From Cyanobacteriota bacterium (GTDB lineage: Bacteria; Cyanobacteriota; Cyanobacteriia; Thermostichales; Thermostichaceae), in NCBI GenBank assembly GCA_033764955.1, contig JANRIL010000044.1, forward strand, positions 1 to 64,000: DNA of 64,000 nt, read 5' to 3'. Made by a program: the position numbers and the translations under genes. The notes beneath the pieces were generated by a model, which made no database searches, was not told the DNA's origin, and saw only the letters and a list, made by a program, of their open reading frames with translations. Of this stretch, positions 50,715-60,616 are shown piece by piece. Numbering within the stretch: position 1 is the first letter of the stretch; each line of letters starts with the position of its first letter.

Positions 50715-51230
50715 TTATTGAGGGGGATCCTGGGTTTCGGCTGGAGGGGGGGTAGGTCTAGACTGGGATCCCGTCAGCATCGCCTGTAACAACAGCAATC
50801 CTACCCCCAGGTTGATGGCTACATCCGCCACATTAAAGACAGGAAATTGGATGGCAATCACATTCAAGAAATCCACGACGTATCCGGTGGCAAAACGGTC
50901 GATGCCGTTGCCCACAGCTCCCGCCAAAATCAGACCATAACCGATTTGTTCCCGCCGAGGCAGGGGAAAGCGCAGGGCGAAGATCAGCAACCCCACCGCC
51001 ACCGCCAACGAGATCCACTTGAGAAAGCCCCCCGACTCCTGAAACAGACTCCAGGCAGCTCCCGTATTTTCCACATAGGTGAGGTGAAACACCCCTGGCC
51101 ACAGTTCGATCTCTGGTCCTGGCAACAACCGTGCCACTGCCCACTGCTTGGTGAGGCGATCCAAAAGAATGGCGACAAGCGCCGCCAGCCAAAACCCAGG
51201 GTTAGGGAGACGAGTCAATCGGGCAATCAA
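50715..51230 (-). CDS. lspA: Signal peptidase II
   Basis: DRLTK, NTGAAWS, GAVGNGIDR, VVDF, FPVFNVAD. Confidence 0.95.
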   Translation of the reverse strand: MIARLTRLPNPGFWLAALVAILLDRLTKQWAVARLLPGPEIELWPGVFHLTYVENTGAAWSLFQESGGFLKWISLAVAVGLLIFALRFPLPRREQIGYGLILAGAVGNGIDRFATGYVVDFLNVIAIQFPVFNVADVAINLGVGLLLLQAMLTGSQSRPTPPPAETQDPPQ

Positions 51231-51306
51231 GGGATCCTCACCAGCAACAGCACAAACTCAATCGAAGGGCAGCATCATGACTAGCGGATCCCTATCCTAA
51301 ACCGAG

Positions 51307-52521
51307 CTAGGGGGTTTCGGTTTGTTGCCAAGCCCACTGTGCGGCCAACCAGACCGTTTGGACGGGAACTTTGGCCTGTCCTGCTAGTTTGGCACAATCC
51401 CGAAACTCCGGTTGCCCATTCACAATCTGCCCGTACTGGCGAGCCACTTTCATCCCCACCTCCCCATAGCGAGTGGAAACCTTGACTATTTCTCGCGCCA
51501 GCAGGGTGCGTTGTTGCTGGCAACGGCGGATCCCGAGGGTGGTGGTTTCGCGGAAGATAATCTGTTCGCACAAGCTGGCACGGTCGGGTGGCACGATCAC
51601 GCTCAAGAGAGTGGCTGAGCGGCTTTGTTTCATGGTGATAGCTTGGGTAAACACATCGAGGGCACCCGCTTGAAACAATTGATCAAAGACATAGCCAATG
51701 ATCTGAGGGTTGAGATCATCAATTTGGGTTTCTAGGAGGGTGACGGTTTCCGTCAGATCGAGACCGCTGCTTTCCCCTAGCCATAAGCGAAGAATGTTGG
51801 GAATGGCGAATTCTTTGGTGCCGGCTCCCCGCCCGACTTTTTCCACCCGCAGGGCAGGACAGGGGCCAAAATCACTGGCTAGGGTGACGGCCAGGGCGGC
51901 TCCTGTGGGGGTGACCAGTTCCGCTTCAATGCCATTGCTATAGACGGGCACACGGGCATCTTCCCAGAGTTGAATGACGGCGGGTACGGGTACGGCCAAC
52001 TGACCGTGAGCCACCTGCACCCAACCTCCCCCGATCGGATGGGGAGAGCAGATCAGTTTTTCCACCTTGAGCCAGTCCAACCCCAGGCAGGTGCCAACAA
52101 TATCTACAATCGCATCCACCGCTCCCACCTCATGAAAATGCACCTTGGTGATGGGTTGCTGATGCACTTTGGCTTCCGCTTGCGCCAGTTTATAAAAAAC
52201 CTCCTGGCTGCGGAGCTTGGCCTGGGGAGGCAGCGTAGCTGATTCGATCATCTGGCGAATTTCCGGCCAGTGGCGGGCATGGGGATGGTCATGATGGGAT
52301 CCCTGGGCATGGGCATGTTCTGACATGACATCGACGAAGACATGTTTGGCGGGTTGGCCGCAGCGATGCACATCGCTCACCGTCAGTTGAAATTCTCCGG
52401 CTAAGCCTAGGCCGCGCAACTGCTGGGTGAGATAGTCAATCGGTACTCCACAATCAATTAGCGCCCCCAAGCACATGTCTCCGGCAATGCCTGCTGAGCA
52501 ATCTAAATAGGCAAGTTTCAT
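51307..52521 (-). CDS. larC: Nickel-pincer cofactor biosynthesis protein LarC
   Basis: YLDCSAGIAGDM, His-rich patch, HFHEVGAVD, ELVTPTGAA, ETQIDD, ETTTLGIR, PEFRD. Confidence 0.93.
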   Translation of the reverse strand: MKLAYLDCSAGIAGDMCLGALIDCGVPIDYLTQQLRGLGLAGEFQLTVSDVHRCGQPAKHVFVDVMSEHAHAQGSHHDHPHARHWPEIRQMIESATLPPQAKLRSQEVFYKLAQAEAKVHQQPITKVHFHEVGAVDAIVDIVGTCLGLDWLKVEKLICSPHPIGGGWVQVAHGQLAVPVPAVIQLWEDARVPVYSNGIEAELVTPTGAALAVTLASDFGPCPALRVEKVGRGAGTKEFAIPNILRLWLGESSGLDLTETVTLLETQIDDLNPQIIGYVFDQLFQAGALDVFTQAITMKQSRSATLLSVIVPPDRASLCEQIIFRETTTLGIRRCQQQRTLLAREIVKVSTRYGEVGMKVARQYGQIVNGQPEFRDCAKLAGQAKVPVQTVWLAAQWAWQQTETP

Positions 52522-52563
52522 AAGCTTGAGCGTCTCGATGAGCTTGTTCTGGCTGTAACCCTA

Positions 52564-54519
52564 TTATTTATCCCGTTCAATACCGCCGCGCACCTCTGTC
52601 TCCCCCTCTGGCCCCTCCCAATTAAAGTTGTCAATCCGCAGTTCGACAGCTCCGGTTTGCCGAACCGGATTAAACTGTACCGACAGGCCGTAGGTGCGGC
52701 GGTCATAGCCTAGGGTATAGGTGGTATCTACCCGTTGTCCCGATTGCAAATCCACAGTAGTTTGTGCCCCAACTCGGATCGGTCCATAAATTTGCTGGAG
52801 AAAGCCAAGAATGAGTTGTTCACGGGTGGTAATCCGGTCAAACAAAAAGGGAGATGCCCCCGCCAAAAAACCGTTGGAATAGGTAACGTTAATATTGGTG
52901 AAATCAAACGCATCCGCTTGAAAATCTCCCAAAATAGCGTTGAAGCCAATCGTGCCTGACACATAGCTTTGGGCTTTGCCATCGGAGTAAAACGACTGAC
53001 TGCTACTCACCCCCGTATTCAGCCACAATCCCTGCTCAATCGGCGTCGGACTAAACCGCAGCGTCATGGGGGATCCAACCGCTAGGGATCCCTCTGTTTC
53101 GGCTTCCGGCGACCAAAGGGCAAAGGAACGGCTGAGGGCTGTGCCCAGTTGCAGGCGGGAGAGTTGTAGGCGTTCGGTGGTGGTTTTCGCCAAAGTCGGA
53201 TCGGCGTCAATTTCGGCTTGACCGAGGGCATCAATTTGATCGGCAGAAATTTGATAGCTGAGATCGATCCCCGTTTCTCCCATCGGAATGACGGGGGAAC
53301 TGTAGGTGACCCCCAACCGATTTTGCACGATCTGAAACCCCAGCAACCCGCTAAAAAAGCGTTGACGATGGGCGTAGGTATAGGTGACTTGGCCGCCATC
53401 CCCCGTCGGAATTCGTTGTTCGATCTGTATCCGAAGGCGATCCGCCAATTCTTCAAAGACGAGGCCGCGCAGTTCGGCCAAAACATGGGTAGCTTGGCCG
53501 TCGGGATAGGCAACCCGCAGCCTGGTTTGCACCCCCACCCCATCCAGCAACCCTTGATTACTGCCCAATAACCGTTGCGGATACAGTTGGGGGGAGAGAA
53601 CGAAGCTAAAACGGGGATCCCTAGATAGCTCAAAGTTGGGCTGAATCGTCAAGCCTCGCCGCTGATCTTCGCGGTCGAAGTCATCATAAAAAATCGAGAT
53701 GGGTGTTTGCCGCTGAAATTGATCGAGGCGAAAGCGAAGGGGGACGGGCAGAAAAAAAGCCTGGTCAAAAGCCAGTTGACCCGCCTCAGCGTTGATAATG
53801 CTGCTGCCATCCGCTTGTCGTTGGGAGGTGACTAGAGGACTGCGGATTTCGAGTTCCGGCGGATCGAGGGGATCGTTGGTAATGCGAACATTTTCTCCCT
53901 GCCAGTTTTGGGCATCAAACCGAATCCGCTCCGCTCGAAAGCGAACGATACGCGCTCCAGGGCTGGGGGAAGGGCTGGGCAAGGGATCCCCGATCCGATC
54001 ATTGGTCAGTCCTGCGTTGCGGGTATCGCTGGGCAGGCTGGCGATATCAATCTCCCCGGAGGCTTGGTCGAGGGATCCCGTTTCTTGTGTGAAATCGTAG
54101 GTGAGGCGTTCTCCCCTAATCACTTGTTGTCCCAATTCCACCTGCACATTGCCCTCGGCGGTGACGGTGCGTTGCTTGAGATCAATCCGCATCCGCTCGG
54201 CTCGCAACCGCGAACGCCCCAGTTTCATCTCGACATTGCCAATCGCCTCAAACACCTCCTCCACCGGATTGAAGGTTTGCTGATCGGAGCGCAGTTGCAG
54301 AGCTTGGGCACTCAGGTGTAGCGCGGGGGCGGCGGGATCCGAGGGGGGTAGGGGGGTAGGAAGGGGCTGAAGCTGCTGAGCTTGGGGGAGGGGCTGACGC
54401 AGTTGCTGGGCTGCTGAGGGGGGCTGCTGAGCCATCAGGGATCCCTCTGGCCGGATAGGCAGGGTAGCCACAGCCAAGGGATCGGTGAATAAAGGCAGCA
54501 GGAGAGAAAAAAAAGGCAT
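52564..54519 (-). CDS. LptD/OstA-like outer-membrane protein (cyanobacterial DUF3769-type)
   Basis: OstA-like N-terminus (AIGNVEM, AEGNV...GQQVIRGERLTYDF); beta-barrel C-terminus QQIYGP...RRTYG...NPVRQ...RIDNFNW. Confidence 0.8.
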   Translation of the reverse strand: MPFFSLLLPLFTDPLAVATLPIRPEGSLMAQQPPSAAQQLRQPLPQAQQLQPLPTPLPPSDPAAPALHLSAQALQLRSDQQTFNPVEEVFEAIGNVEMKLGRSRLRAERMRIDLKQRTVTAEGNVQVELGQQVIRGERLTYDFTQETGSLDQASGEIDIASLPSDTRNAGLTNDRIGDPLPSPSPSPGARIVRFRAERIRFDAQNWQGENVRITNDPLDPPELEIRSPLVTSQRQADGSSIINAEAGQLAFDQAFFLPVPLRFRLDQFQRQTPISIFYDDFDREDQRRGLTIQPNFELSRDPRFSFVLSPQLYPQRLLGSNQGLLDGVGVQTRLRVAYPDGQATHVLAELRGLVFEELADRLRIQIEQRIPTGDGGQVTYTYAHRQRFFSGLLGFQIVQNRLGVTYSSPVIPMGETGIDLSYQISADQIDALGQAEIDADPTLAKTTTERLQLSRLQLGTALSRSFALWSPEAETEGSLAVGSPMTLRFSPTPIEQGLWLNTGVSSSQSFYSDGKAQSYVSGTIGFNAILGDFQADAFDFTNINVTYSNGFLAGASPFLFDRITTREQLILGFLQQIYGPIRVGAQTTVDLQSGQRVDTTYTLGYDRRTYGLSVQFNPVRQTGAVELRIDNFNWEGPEGETEVRGGIERDK

Positions 54520-54601
54520 GACCCATCAAAAAGCGGGCGGAGGGAATAGAAACAACGCTCTAACGTTAGGGTAGCGGCAAGGCTGACTACTGGCTTGCTG
54601 A

Positions 54602-55462
54602 TCAACTGGGTAGGTTTGGCAAGGGTGAAGAAGGCAGCAATACCCGATTGAGTTTGCCAGAGCGGTAGCCCTCTAGATCGAGACTGACATAGAGAAATCC
54701 TGCTGACCGAAAGGTCTCCACCAAGCTGGGAAGATCGGTGGTTTGCATAAAGGTCAACAGATGCTCTACAGGTAGCTCAATGCGGGCGGTATCCTGCTCC
54801 GAGCGCACCCGTACCTGTCGCCACCCCAACCCGCGCAGATAGCGCTCGGCGGCGGCTACCCGTGCTAACTTGGCGGCGGTGATGGCCTCTCCGTAGGGAA
54901 AGCGAGAACTTAGGCAGGGTTGAGCGGGTTTATCCCACCAGGGCAAGCCGAGATGGTGAGATAGCTGCCGCACCTCCAGTTTACTGATACCCCATTCGGC
55001 GAGGGGTGAATAAACCCCTCGTTCCCGCGCCGCCTGCACCCCTGGCCGATAATCCTGCAAATCGTCGGCATTCAAACCATCCAAGACAACCGCGTAGCCG
55101 CGCTCCCTAGCCCACTGGCGCAGGGTATCATGCAGTTCTCGTTTACAGAAGTAGCAGCGATTCACAGGGTTGGCGGCGTAATCGGGATCCCCCAATTCGT
55201 CGGTTTCGACAATCTCGTGCCGCAGTCCCAGATAGTCGGCTTGGGCGATGGCCTCATCCAGGTCTTCCGGCATCAGCGATACGGAGTTAGCGGTGACAGC
55301 CACCGCTTGGGATCCCCAGACATCGTGAGCCAACTTCGCCACCAGCGTGCTGTCAATGCCACCGGAATAGGCCACCACCACCGGGGACATCCCCCCAATG
55401 GACTGATGCACTCCGGCTAGCTTGGCGGCTAAGGCTGGACTCCAATCAATGAACGGACTCAT
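54602..55462 (-). CDS. larE: ATP-dependent sacrificial sulfur transferase LarE
   Basis: PP-loop AYSGGIDS, NRCYFCK, DYRPG, KPAQPCLSSRFPYG, GYRSGKLN. Confidence 0.95.
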   Translation of the reverse strand: MSPFIDWSPALAAKLAGVHQSIGGMSPVVVAYSGGIDSTLVAKLAHDVWGSQAVAVTANSVSLMPEDLDEAIAQADYLGLRHEIVETDELGDPDYAANPVNRCYFCKRELHDTLRQWARERGYAVVLDGLNADDLQDYRPGVQAARERGVYSPLAEWGISKLEVRQLSHHLGLPWWDKPAQPCLSSRFPYGEAITAAKLARVAAAERYLRGLGWRQVRVRSEQDTARIELPVEHLLTFMQTTDLPSLVETFRSAGFLYVSLDLEGYRSGKLNRVLLPSSPLPNLPS

Positions 55463-55651
55463 GATCTCGTGATCACCCTAAACTGTTTTTGATTCATGCT
55501 TAGTATCCCCCCATTTCCCCAGTTCCTCCAATGCCCATTAGGGAAGATTCCGCGACGGTCTAGCTCGACAACGGCCAAAAAGCAGCCGAAGCCGAAGCAA
55601 ACAAATGGCTGGATGAATGGTGTATGGGTTGTGAATGGATAGTCATTCTGT

Positions 55652-56533
55652 ATGTTTCATTTAGCTTTATGGTTAACCTCCATGTTTAACTTGATGTTGA
55701 AAAGATTGCTGAAGTTCTGCTTGTGGCGGGTTGGACTTTATTTCATTTTGGGTTTGATCAGTTTGGTGATGATAGGACCACTTTTATGGTTGTTGAGTAC
55801 GTCACTGAAATCATCTGGCGAAAATATTTTTGCCTATCCACCACAATGGTTACCGCAGTTCCCCACCTTGGCTAACTTTCGCCAAGTATGGCAGAACTAC
55901 CCATTCTTCCGCTATTTGCTGAATAGTTTAGGAGTGGCTGTCATCACCGTGATAGTGAATTTATGGTTATCGGCACTGGCGGCCTATCCGTTAGCTCGCT
56001 TTCAGTTTGTCGGCAAGTCGGTTTTTTTCTGGTTAATGGTGGGATCCCTGATGATCCCTTTTCAAATTACAATGATTCCACTTTACATATTGGCGGTTCA
56101 ACTGAACCTCCGCAACTCCTACTTGGGTCTAATTTTTCCCTATGCCGTCTCTGGTTTTGGCATCTTTTTGCTGCGACAAGCTTTTCTCTCCATCCCGCGT
56201 GAGTTAGAAGAGGCTGCCCGTATGGATGGGGGATCCCCTTGGCAAATTTGGCAGCACATTATGTTGCCAGGGATCCAACCGGATCTGATCACGTTGGCCA
56301 TCTTTACGTTTGTGGGAATGTGGGGAGACTTTCTCTGGCCTTTGTTAATGCTTGATGAGCCACAAATGTTTACATTGCCTTTAGGAGTAGCCTCTTTAGC
56401 CAGTGCGTTTGCCTCCGATTGGCGACTGATTGCCGCCGGATCCATCCTGGCTATTCTGCCTGTTACCGTTATTTTTATGGTGATGCAGCGATATATCATT
56501 CCCAATGAAACCAGCAGTGGATTGCAGGGATAA
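55652..56533 (+). CDS. Carbohydrate ABC transporter permease (MalG-like)
   Basis: EAA loop IPRELEEAARMDG; WGDFLWPL; start uncertain. Confidence 0.93.
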   Translation: MFHLALWLTSMFNLMLKRLLKFCLWRVGLYFILGLISLVMIGPLLWLLSTSLKSSGENIFAYPPQWLPQFPTLANFRQVWQNYPFFRYLLNSLGVAVITVIVNLWLSALAAYPLARFQFVGKSVFFWLMVGSLMIPFQITMIPLYILAVQLNLRNSYLGLIFPYAVSGFGIFLLRQAFLSIPRELEEAARMDGGSPWQIWQHIMLPGIQPDLITLAIFTFVGMWGDFLWPLLMLDEPQMFTLPLGVASLASAFASDWRLIAAGSILAILPVTVIFMVMQRYIIPNETSSGLQG

Positions 56534-56620
56534 TAGGGTTCAAAAAAGCTCAATCTCAATCTAAAATCAGCAAAATATAGATTGGATATGGATTCAATTG
56601 AGTTAAGGATAAATCTCAGA

Positions 56621-58990
56621 TTAAATCTCAATATTTGTCTCAGATCGAGAAGAGGCATCTGGGATCCAGACGCGAAAGTGAGTCCATCCGGCTTGGCTGC
56701 TGACCACGATATCTCCCTTTAATTGATTGACCAACTGTTTGACCAACGCTAATCCTAAACCCGTGCCACCGTGCTTCCAGCGATCCACTTGGCGAATCCG
56801 ATAAAACTTGTTAAATAGCTTGGGTAGCTCCTCATGACTAATCTCACTGCTATTGCTAACAATCAGTTGGATACCTGATGACAGAGAAGATAACTCTAGC
56901 CGAATGAGACCTCCATCTGATGTATATTTGATGGCATTTCCAATCAATTCTCGTCCAATTCGATTGAGATAGGATAGATCTGACCAGAAGGGTTCCGTTA
57001 CATTCAGGCAAGCCAGAAGAATTTGCTGCTGTTTTTGCTCAGCTTGCAGATTTACCGACTGGATCAACTCAGATATCCACGCTTCCAAATAAATCGGTTC
57101 TGCATACAGTTCTTGCTGGCTAAATTCTTCTTTTTGCAGATCCAATAAATCATTGATTAACGTGATTTGTCGCTCACACTCGGAGATTGCCAACTGATAA
57201 TAGGTTTGCTTCTTTTCAGGATCTGAAGTCATCTCTAACAAACGCAGCGCCATCCGCATACTGGTGAGGGGAGTACGCAGTTCATGAGAAACGGTGCTGA
57301 CAAAATCATCCTTCAGTTCATTGAGAGCTTCTAATTCCCTAACTTGTGCCTGCACTGCTTGATAAAGCCGTGACTGACGAATGGCGATAGCACATTGATT
57401 GGCAACCTGCTCGACAAGGCGCACTTCCTGCCAGTTAAAATAGTCATGATTGGCACGAAATAACCACATATCTCCCAACATTTCTTGGTCATCCCGAAGT
57501 GGACAAGCCAAAATAGCGTATTGCGATTCATCCCCTCGTATGGCCGTATCGAGGTTGACCACAAAACACCACTGAATGGATTTTCCTGCCAGGAGGGTGC
57601 GATACGGTTCTACGTAAGGTTTTATTGAAATCTTTTTACCCTGTGCTGGCATCACTTTTTCTACCTGAGGTAAGCTGGGCAGATACTCACAATAAATTGT
57701 GCTCGACATTTCCTGAGGATTAAATATCCCCGTGTCACAGCACATTACCCCCAGTTCGGATCCCAACTCTTGCACGGCTGATTGTAATATTTGTTGTTCA
57801 TCCAAACTATCCCGTACTTTGTCAGTAATCCGCCGTAGAAGTGCCTCAAAATCAAGGGATTTTTCTAACTGCTCCGTGCGATCTTGAATCTGTAACTCTA
57901 GGCTCAAATTGAGAGATTGAACTTGCTGATAAAGCTCAGATTGTTGAATGGCAATCGCTAACCGGTTGGCTAATTTTTGCAGGAGTTCTTTTTCCCAGGC
58001 TTGCCATATCCGCTGGTTTTGGCACTGATGAATCATCACAAGACCCCATAAATAGTCACCCTGAAAGAGAGGGGTGACCAAACTAGCTGTGATTTGGAAT
58101 TGGTTGAGTAGATGAGCATAGCAAGGATCCAGGGTTGCGCTTGCTCTATCCTCAATGGCATGAACGGTGGGCCGAGAAATGCTGGGATCCCTTCCCTCTG
58201 CTGGCCAGACCGAGCTTAAGCAGGCATCCGCTATCGATTGTCCGGCTATGGAGAACAGGGGATCAACAACCGATTCTTCAATGATGATCAGATGATCCTC
58301 CGCCTGTCGCTGACCAATAACCACACGATCGGCGTGTAAAATGGTACGAATTTCCGTAACTGTTGTATGCAAAATATCCTTCAGATCGAGCGACTGGCGA
58401 ATTTTTTGCATAATCGCACCCAGCATTTTTTCGGCAGCCAGTTGATCCTGTAGGCGATCTTCTGCTCGTTTGCGTTCACTAATGTCTTGAAAGGTACAAA
58501 TAACATGCTGAATTTCCCCCTGCTCGGTTAGGCGCGGTTCAGCATTGACCAATAGCCAAATCCGATCCTGATGACGAGGGCGATAAACCCCCATCACTAC
58601 ATGGCGAATTGGTTGCCGGGTGGCAATCGCTTGGGGAACCGGGTGATCGGGGCCAGGAAAAGGTGACCCATCTTCGTGGATGACATGCCAATCGGGATCA
58701 AAAGAGGTTTTGCCCAACAGTTGCGCTTCGGTTAGCCCCAGTAAGGTGAGCGCCTGCTGGTTACTGGCTAAAATTTCAGCTCCTGCTCCCTGCACCAAAA
58801 CCCCCAACTCCAGATCATCAATCATGGCTTGAAAGCTGAGATTGATTGGGGATCCTAGGGAGGCTCCGGGGGCAACTGGCGATGACCGACTAGCCAGGGA
58901 TCCCTGTCGCCATCGGCTGAACTGCACCACCAATTCCCCCAGCCATTGCTGGATTTTGAGGCTGATATCAGTCAGGGAACAGGCAGTCAT
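56621..58990 (-). CDS. PAS-GAF-GAF histidine kinase with a cyanobacteriochrome-type GAF
   Basis: PAS (GKTSFDPDW); GAF with DACL, PCY and LWGLVMIHQC; SHELRTPL; NAIKYT; GGTGLGL. Confidence 0.92.
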   Translation of the reverse strand: MTACSLTDISLKIQQWLGELVVQFSRWRQGSLASRSSPVAPGASLGSPINLSFQAMIDDLELGVLVQGAGAEILASNQQALTLLGLTEAQLLGKTSFDPDWHVIHEDGSPFPGPDHPVPQAIATRQPIRHVVMGVYRPRHQDRIWLLVNAEPRLTEQGEIQHVICTFQDISERKRAEDRLQDQLAAEKMLGAIMQKIRQSLDLKDILHTTVTEIRTILHADRVVIGQRQAEDHLIIIEESVVDPLFSIAGQSIADACLSSVWPAEGRDPSISRPTVHAIEDRASATLDPCYAHLLNQFQITASLVTPLFQGDYLWGLVMIHQCQNQRIWQAWEKELLQKLANRLAIAIQQSELYQQVQSLNLSLELQIQDRTEQLEKSLDFEALLRRITDKVRDSLDEQQILQSAVQELGSELGVMCCDTGIFNPQEMSSTIYCEYLPSLPQVEKVMPAQGKKISIKPYVEPYRTLLAGKSIQWCFVVNLDTAIRGDESQYAILACPLRDDQEMLGDMWLFRANHDYFNWQEVRLVEQVANQCAIAIRQSRLYQAVQAQVRELEALNELKDDFVSTVSHELRTPLTSMRMALRLLEMTSDPEKKQTYYQLAISECERQITLINDLLDLQKEEFSQQELYAEPIYLEAWISELIQSVNLQAEQKQQQILLACLNVTEPFWSDLSYLNRIGRELIGNAIKYTSDGGLIRLELSSLSSGIQLIVSNSSEISHEELPKLFNKFYRIRQVDRWKHGGTGLGLALVKQLVNQLKGDIVVSSQAGWTHFRVWIPDASSRSETNIEI

Positions 58991-59203
58991 GCCAGATGCC
59001 TAAAGTCTAAAAACTATTGCACACCAAAATGGTGAGAAGCGTGGCTAATTATTCAAAATCATCCCTTTTTTCGTGGTTGAGACGAAAATATCAAGATTAT
59101 TCAGCGCATTTTCGCACGTTTTCGCACTTCAAAAATATCGGATGGCAATGGAGTTTGCTTCCCTCTTTCTCCTTTCACAGAGCCTTTGGAAGGTTATTCT
59201 CAT

Positions 59204-59614
59204 TTACCCTGGGCGGGAAATGGCTTCCCTTAACTTACCCCACCAGATCACCGCTATTTCAATTTGGCTAAAAGGAATACCAATTTGTTGTGGTAAAAAT
59301 AACAAGACAATCTTTCGGCCTTTGGGTGGTTTGAGTAAAGGCCAGTCAAAAATCTGTTGATCCACCTGTAACTGAATCTGATTGACCGCTGTGAGATCGA
59401 GGGTTTGCATGGCTTGTGGTTGTGGGTGGGCGGGTTTACCCCACGTCAGGGTGCTTCCTTGCCAACCCAGCACGGACTCCAGATCATACTTGCTGCGATC
59501 AAAGGCTTTCGCCCATTCCCGATAGGCTTCCACCTTGCGATATTCTACCCAGCCCAACCCAGCTAACAGTGAAAATGTGAACAGCAGGGGTAACCACAAT
59601 ACACCGCGTTCCAT
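59204..59614 (-). CDS. Conserved cyanobacterial hypothetical membrane-anchored protein
   Basis: MERGVLWLPLL...GWVEYRKVEAYREWA...KYD...LTWGKP. Confidence 0.8.
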   Translation of the reverse strand: MERGVLWLPLLFTFSLLAGLGWVEYRKVEAYREWAKAFDRSKYDLESVLGWQGSTLTWGKPAHPQPQAMQTLDLTAVNQIQLQVDQQIFDWPLLKPPKGRKIVLLFLPQQIGIPFSQIEIAVIWWGKLREAISRPG

Positions 59615-59746
59615 GACGATTGCCTTCCTTGTCTAAAAGGGATCCCTACTCTTTTGGCGGTATCGCTTAAAACTAGTGATTCCCGAAAACCTGCACTATA
59701 GTTGCAGTGGGGATTATGACTCAACGCAGGTGTTAGGAGCTTAGCT

Positions 59747-59932
59747 GTGGACTTTCCCGAAATTCAAGCCCTCGTGGAACGGGCACTGGAAGACAAAGAA
59801 CTCACCCGTGCCGAAATGGATGAAATCGTGGCCGCCATCACTGCTGATGGAGAGGTTTCGACGGAAGAAGCTCAGTTGATGGAACAAATCCGTGAAATGG
59901 TTCTGCGGCGAGAGATTCGCGTGGTGGACTAA
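59747..59932 (+). CDS. Small acidic protein with two D-x-x-(L/V)-(T/S)-x-x-E loops
   Basis: AGGAG SD; EDKELTRAE and ADGEVSTEE. Confidence 0.7.
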   Translation: MDFPEIQALVERALEDKELTRAEMDEIVAAITADGEVSTEEAQLMEQIREMVLRREIRVVD

Positions 59933-60531
59933 GGGGCAACTCCCCATCTCAGGTAAGGTAAATCTGTCGCCACCTCTCGAATGCGGGGGGCTGAGGCTAA
60001 CAATTGCCCGCAAGCATCCCAACTGCCACTCAGCAACATGCCACGGGATCCCTCATTCATTTGCAGAGGAGCCTGCTTTTCGCTCCAGCGAACCTGCATG
60101 GTTGTTAGATCAATCGTGATGGAGATCTGGGGATCTCGCGCCACCTCCGCTTGCAGTTGCTTGACCACCTCGGAGACCGCTACCACACAAGGGATCCCCA
60201 TCGCCAAGCAATTGCCGAAAAAGATCTCCGCAAAACTTTCCCCCACAATGGCGCGGATCCCCCAACGGGCAATCGCCTGAGGAGCATGTTCGCGGCTGGA
60301 ACCACAACCAAAGTTGCCATTTACCAGCAAAATCTCGGCTCCTTGATAGGCCGCTTGATCAAAGGGATGGGATCCCTGAGCTTGGGCGCGATCATCCTTG
60401 AAGACCTCGGATCCCAGCCCATCAAAGGTGACACAGCGCAAAAAACGCGCCGGAATAATCCGATCCGTATCAATATCATTGCCGGGAAGAGGGATCCCGC
60501 GTCCCGTTAGGGTGGTGACTTGGCTAGCCAT
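59929..60531 (-). CDS. leuD: 3-isopropylmalate dehydratase small subunit
   Basis: DIDTDRIIPARFL, NFGCGSSREHAP, SFAEIFFGN. Confidence 0.97.
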   Translation of the reverse strand: MASQVTTLTGRGIPLPGNDIDTDRIIPARFLRCVTFDGLGSEVFKDDRAQAQGSHPFDQAAYQGAEILLVNGNFGCGSSREHAPQAIARWGIRAIVGESFAEIFFGNCLAMGIPCVVAVSEVVKQLQAEVARDPQISITIDLTTMQVRWSEKQAPLQMNEGSRGMLLSGSWDACGQLLASAPRIREVATDLPYLRWGVAP

Positions 60532-60616
60532 GATCCAAAAATCTCAGACAACTGGTTTAGCTAGCTTAGCGCACCGAGGATCCCTGCTCTGTCTATTCGT
60601 TGTCTAGGCGGATGCT

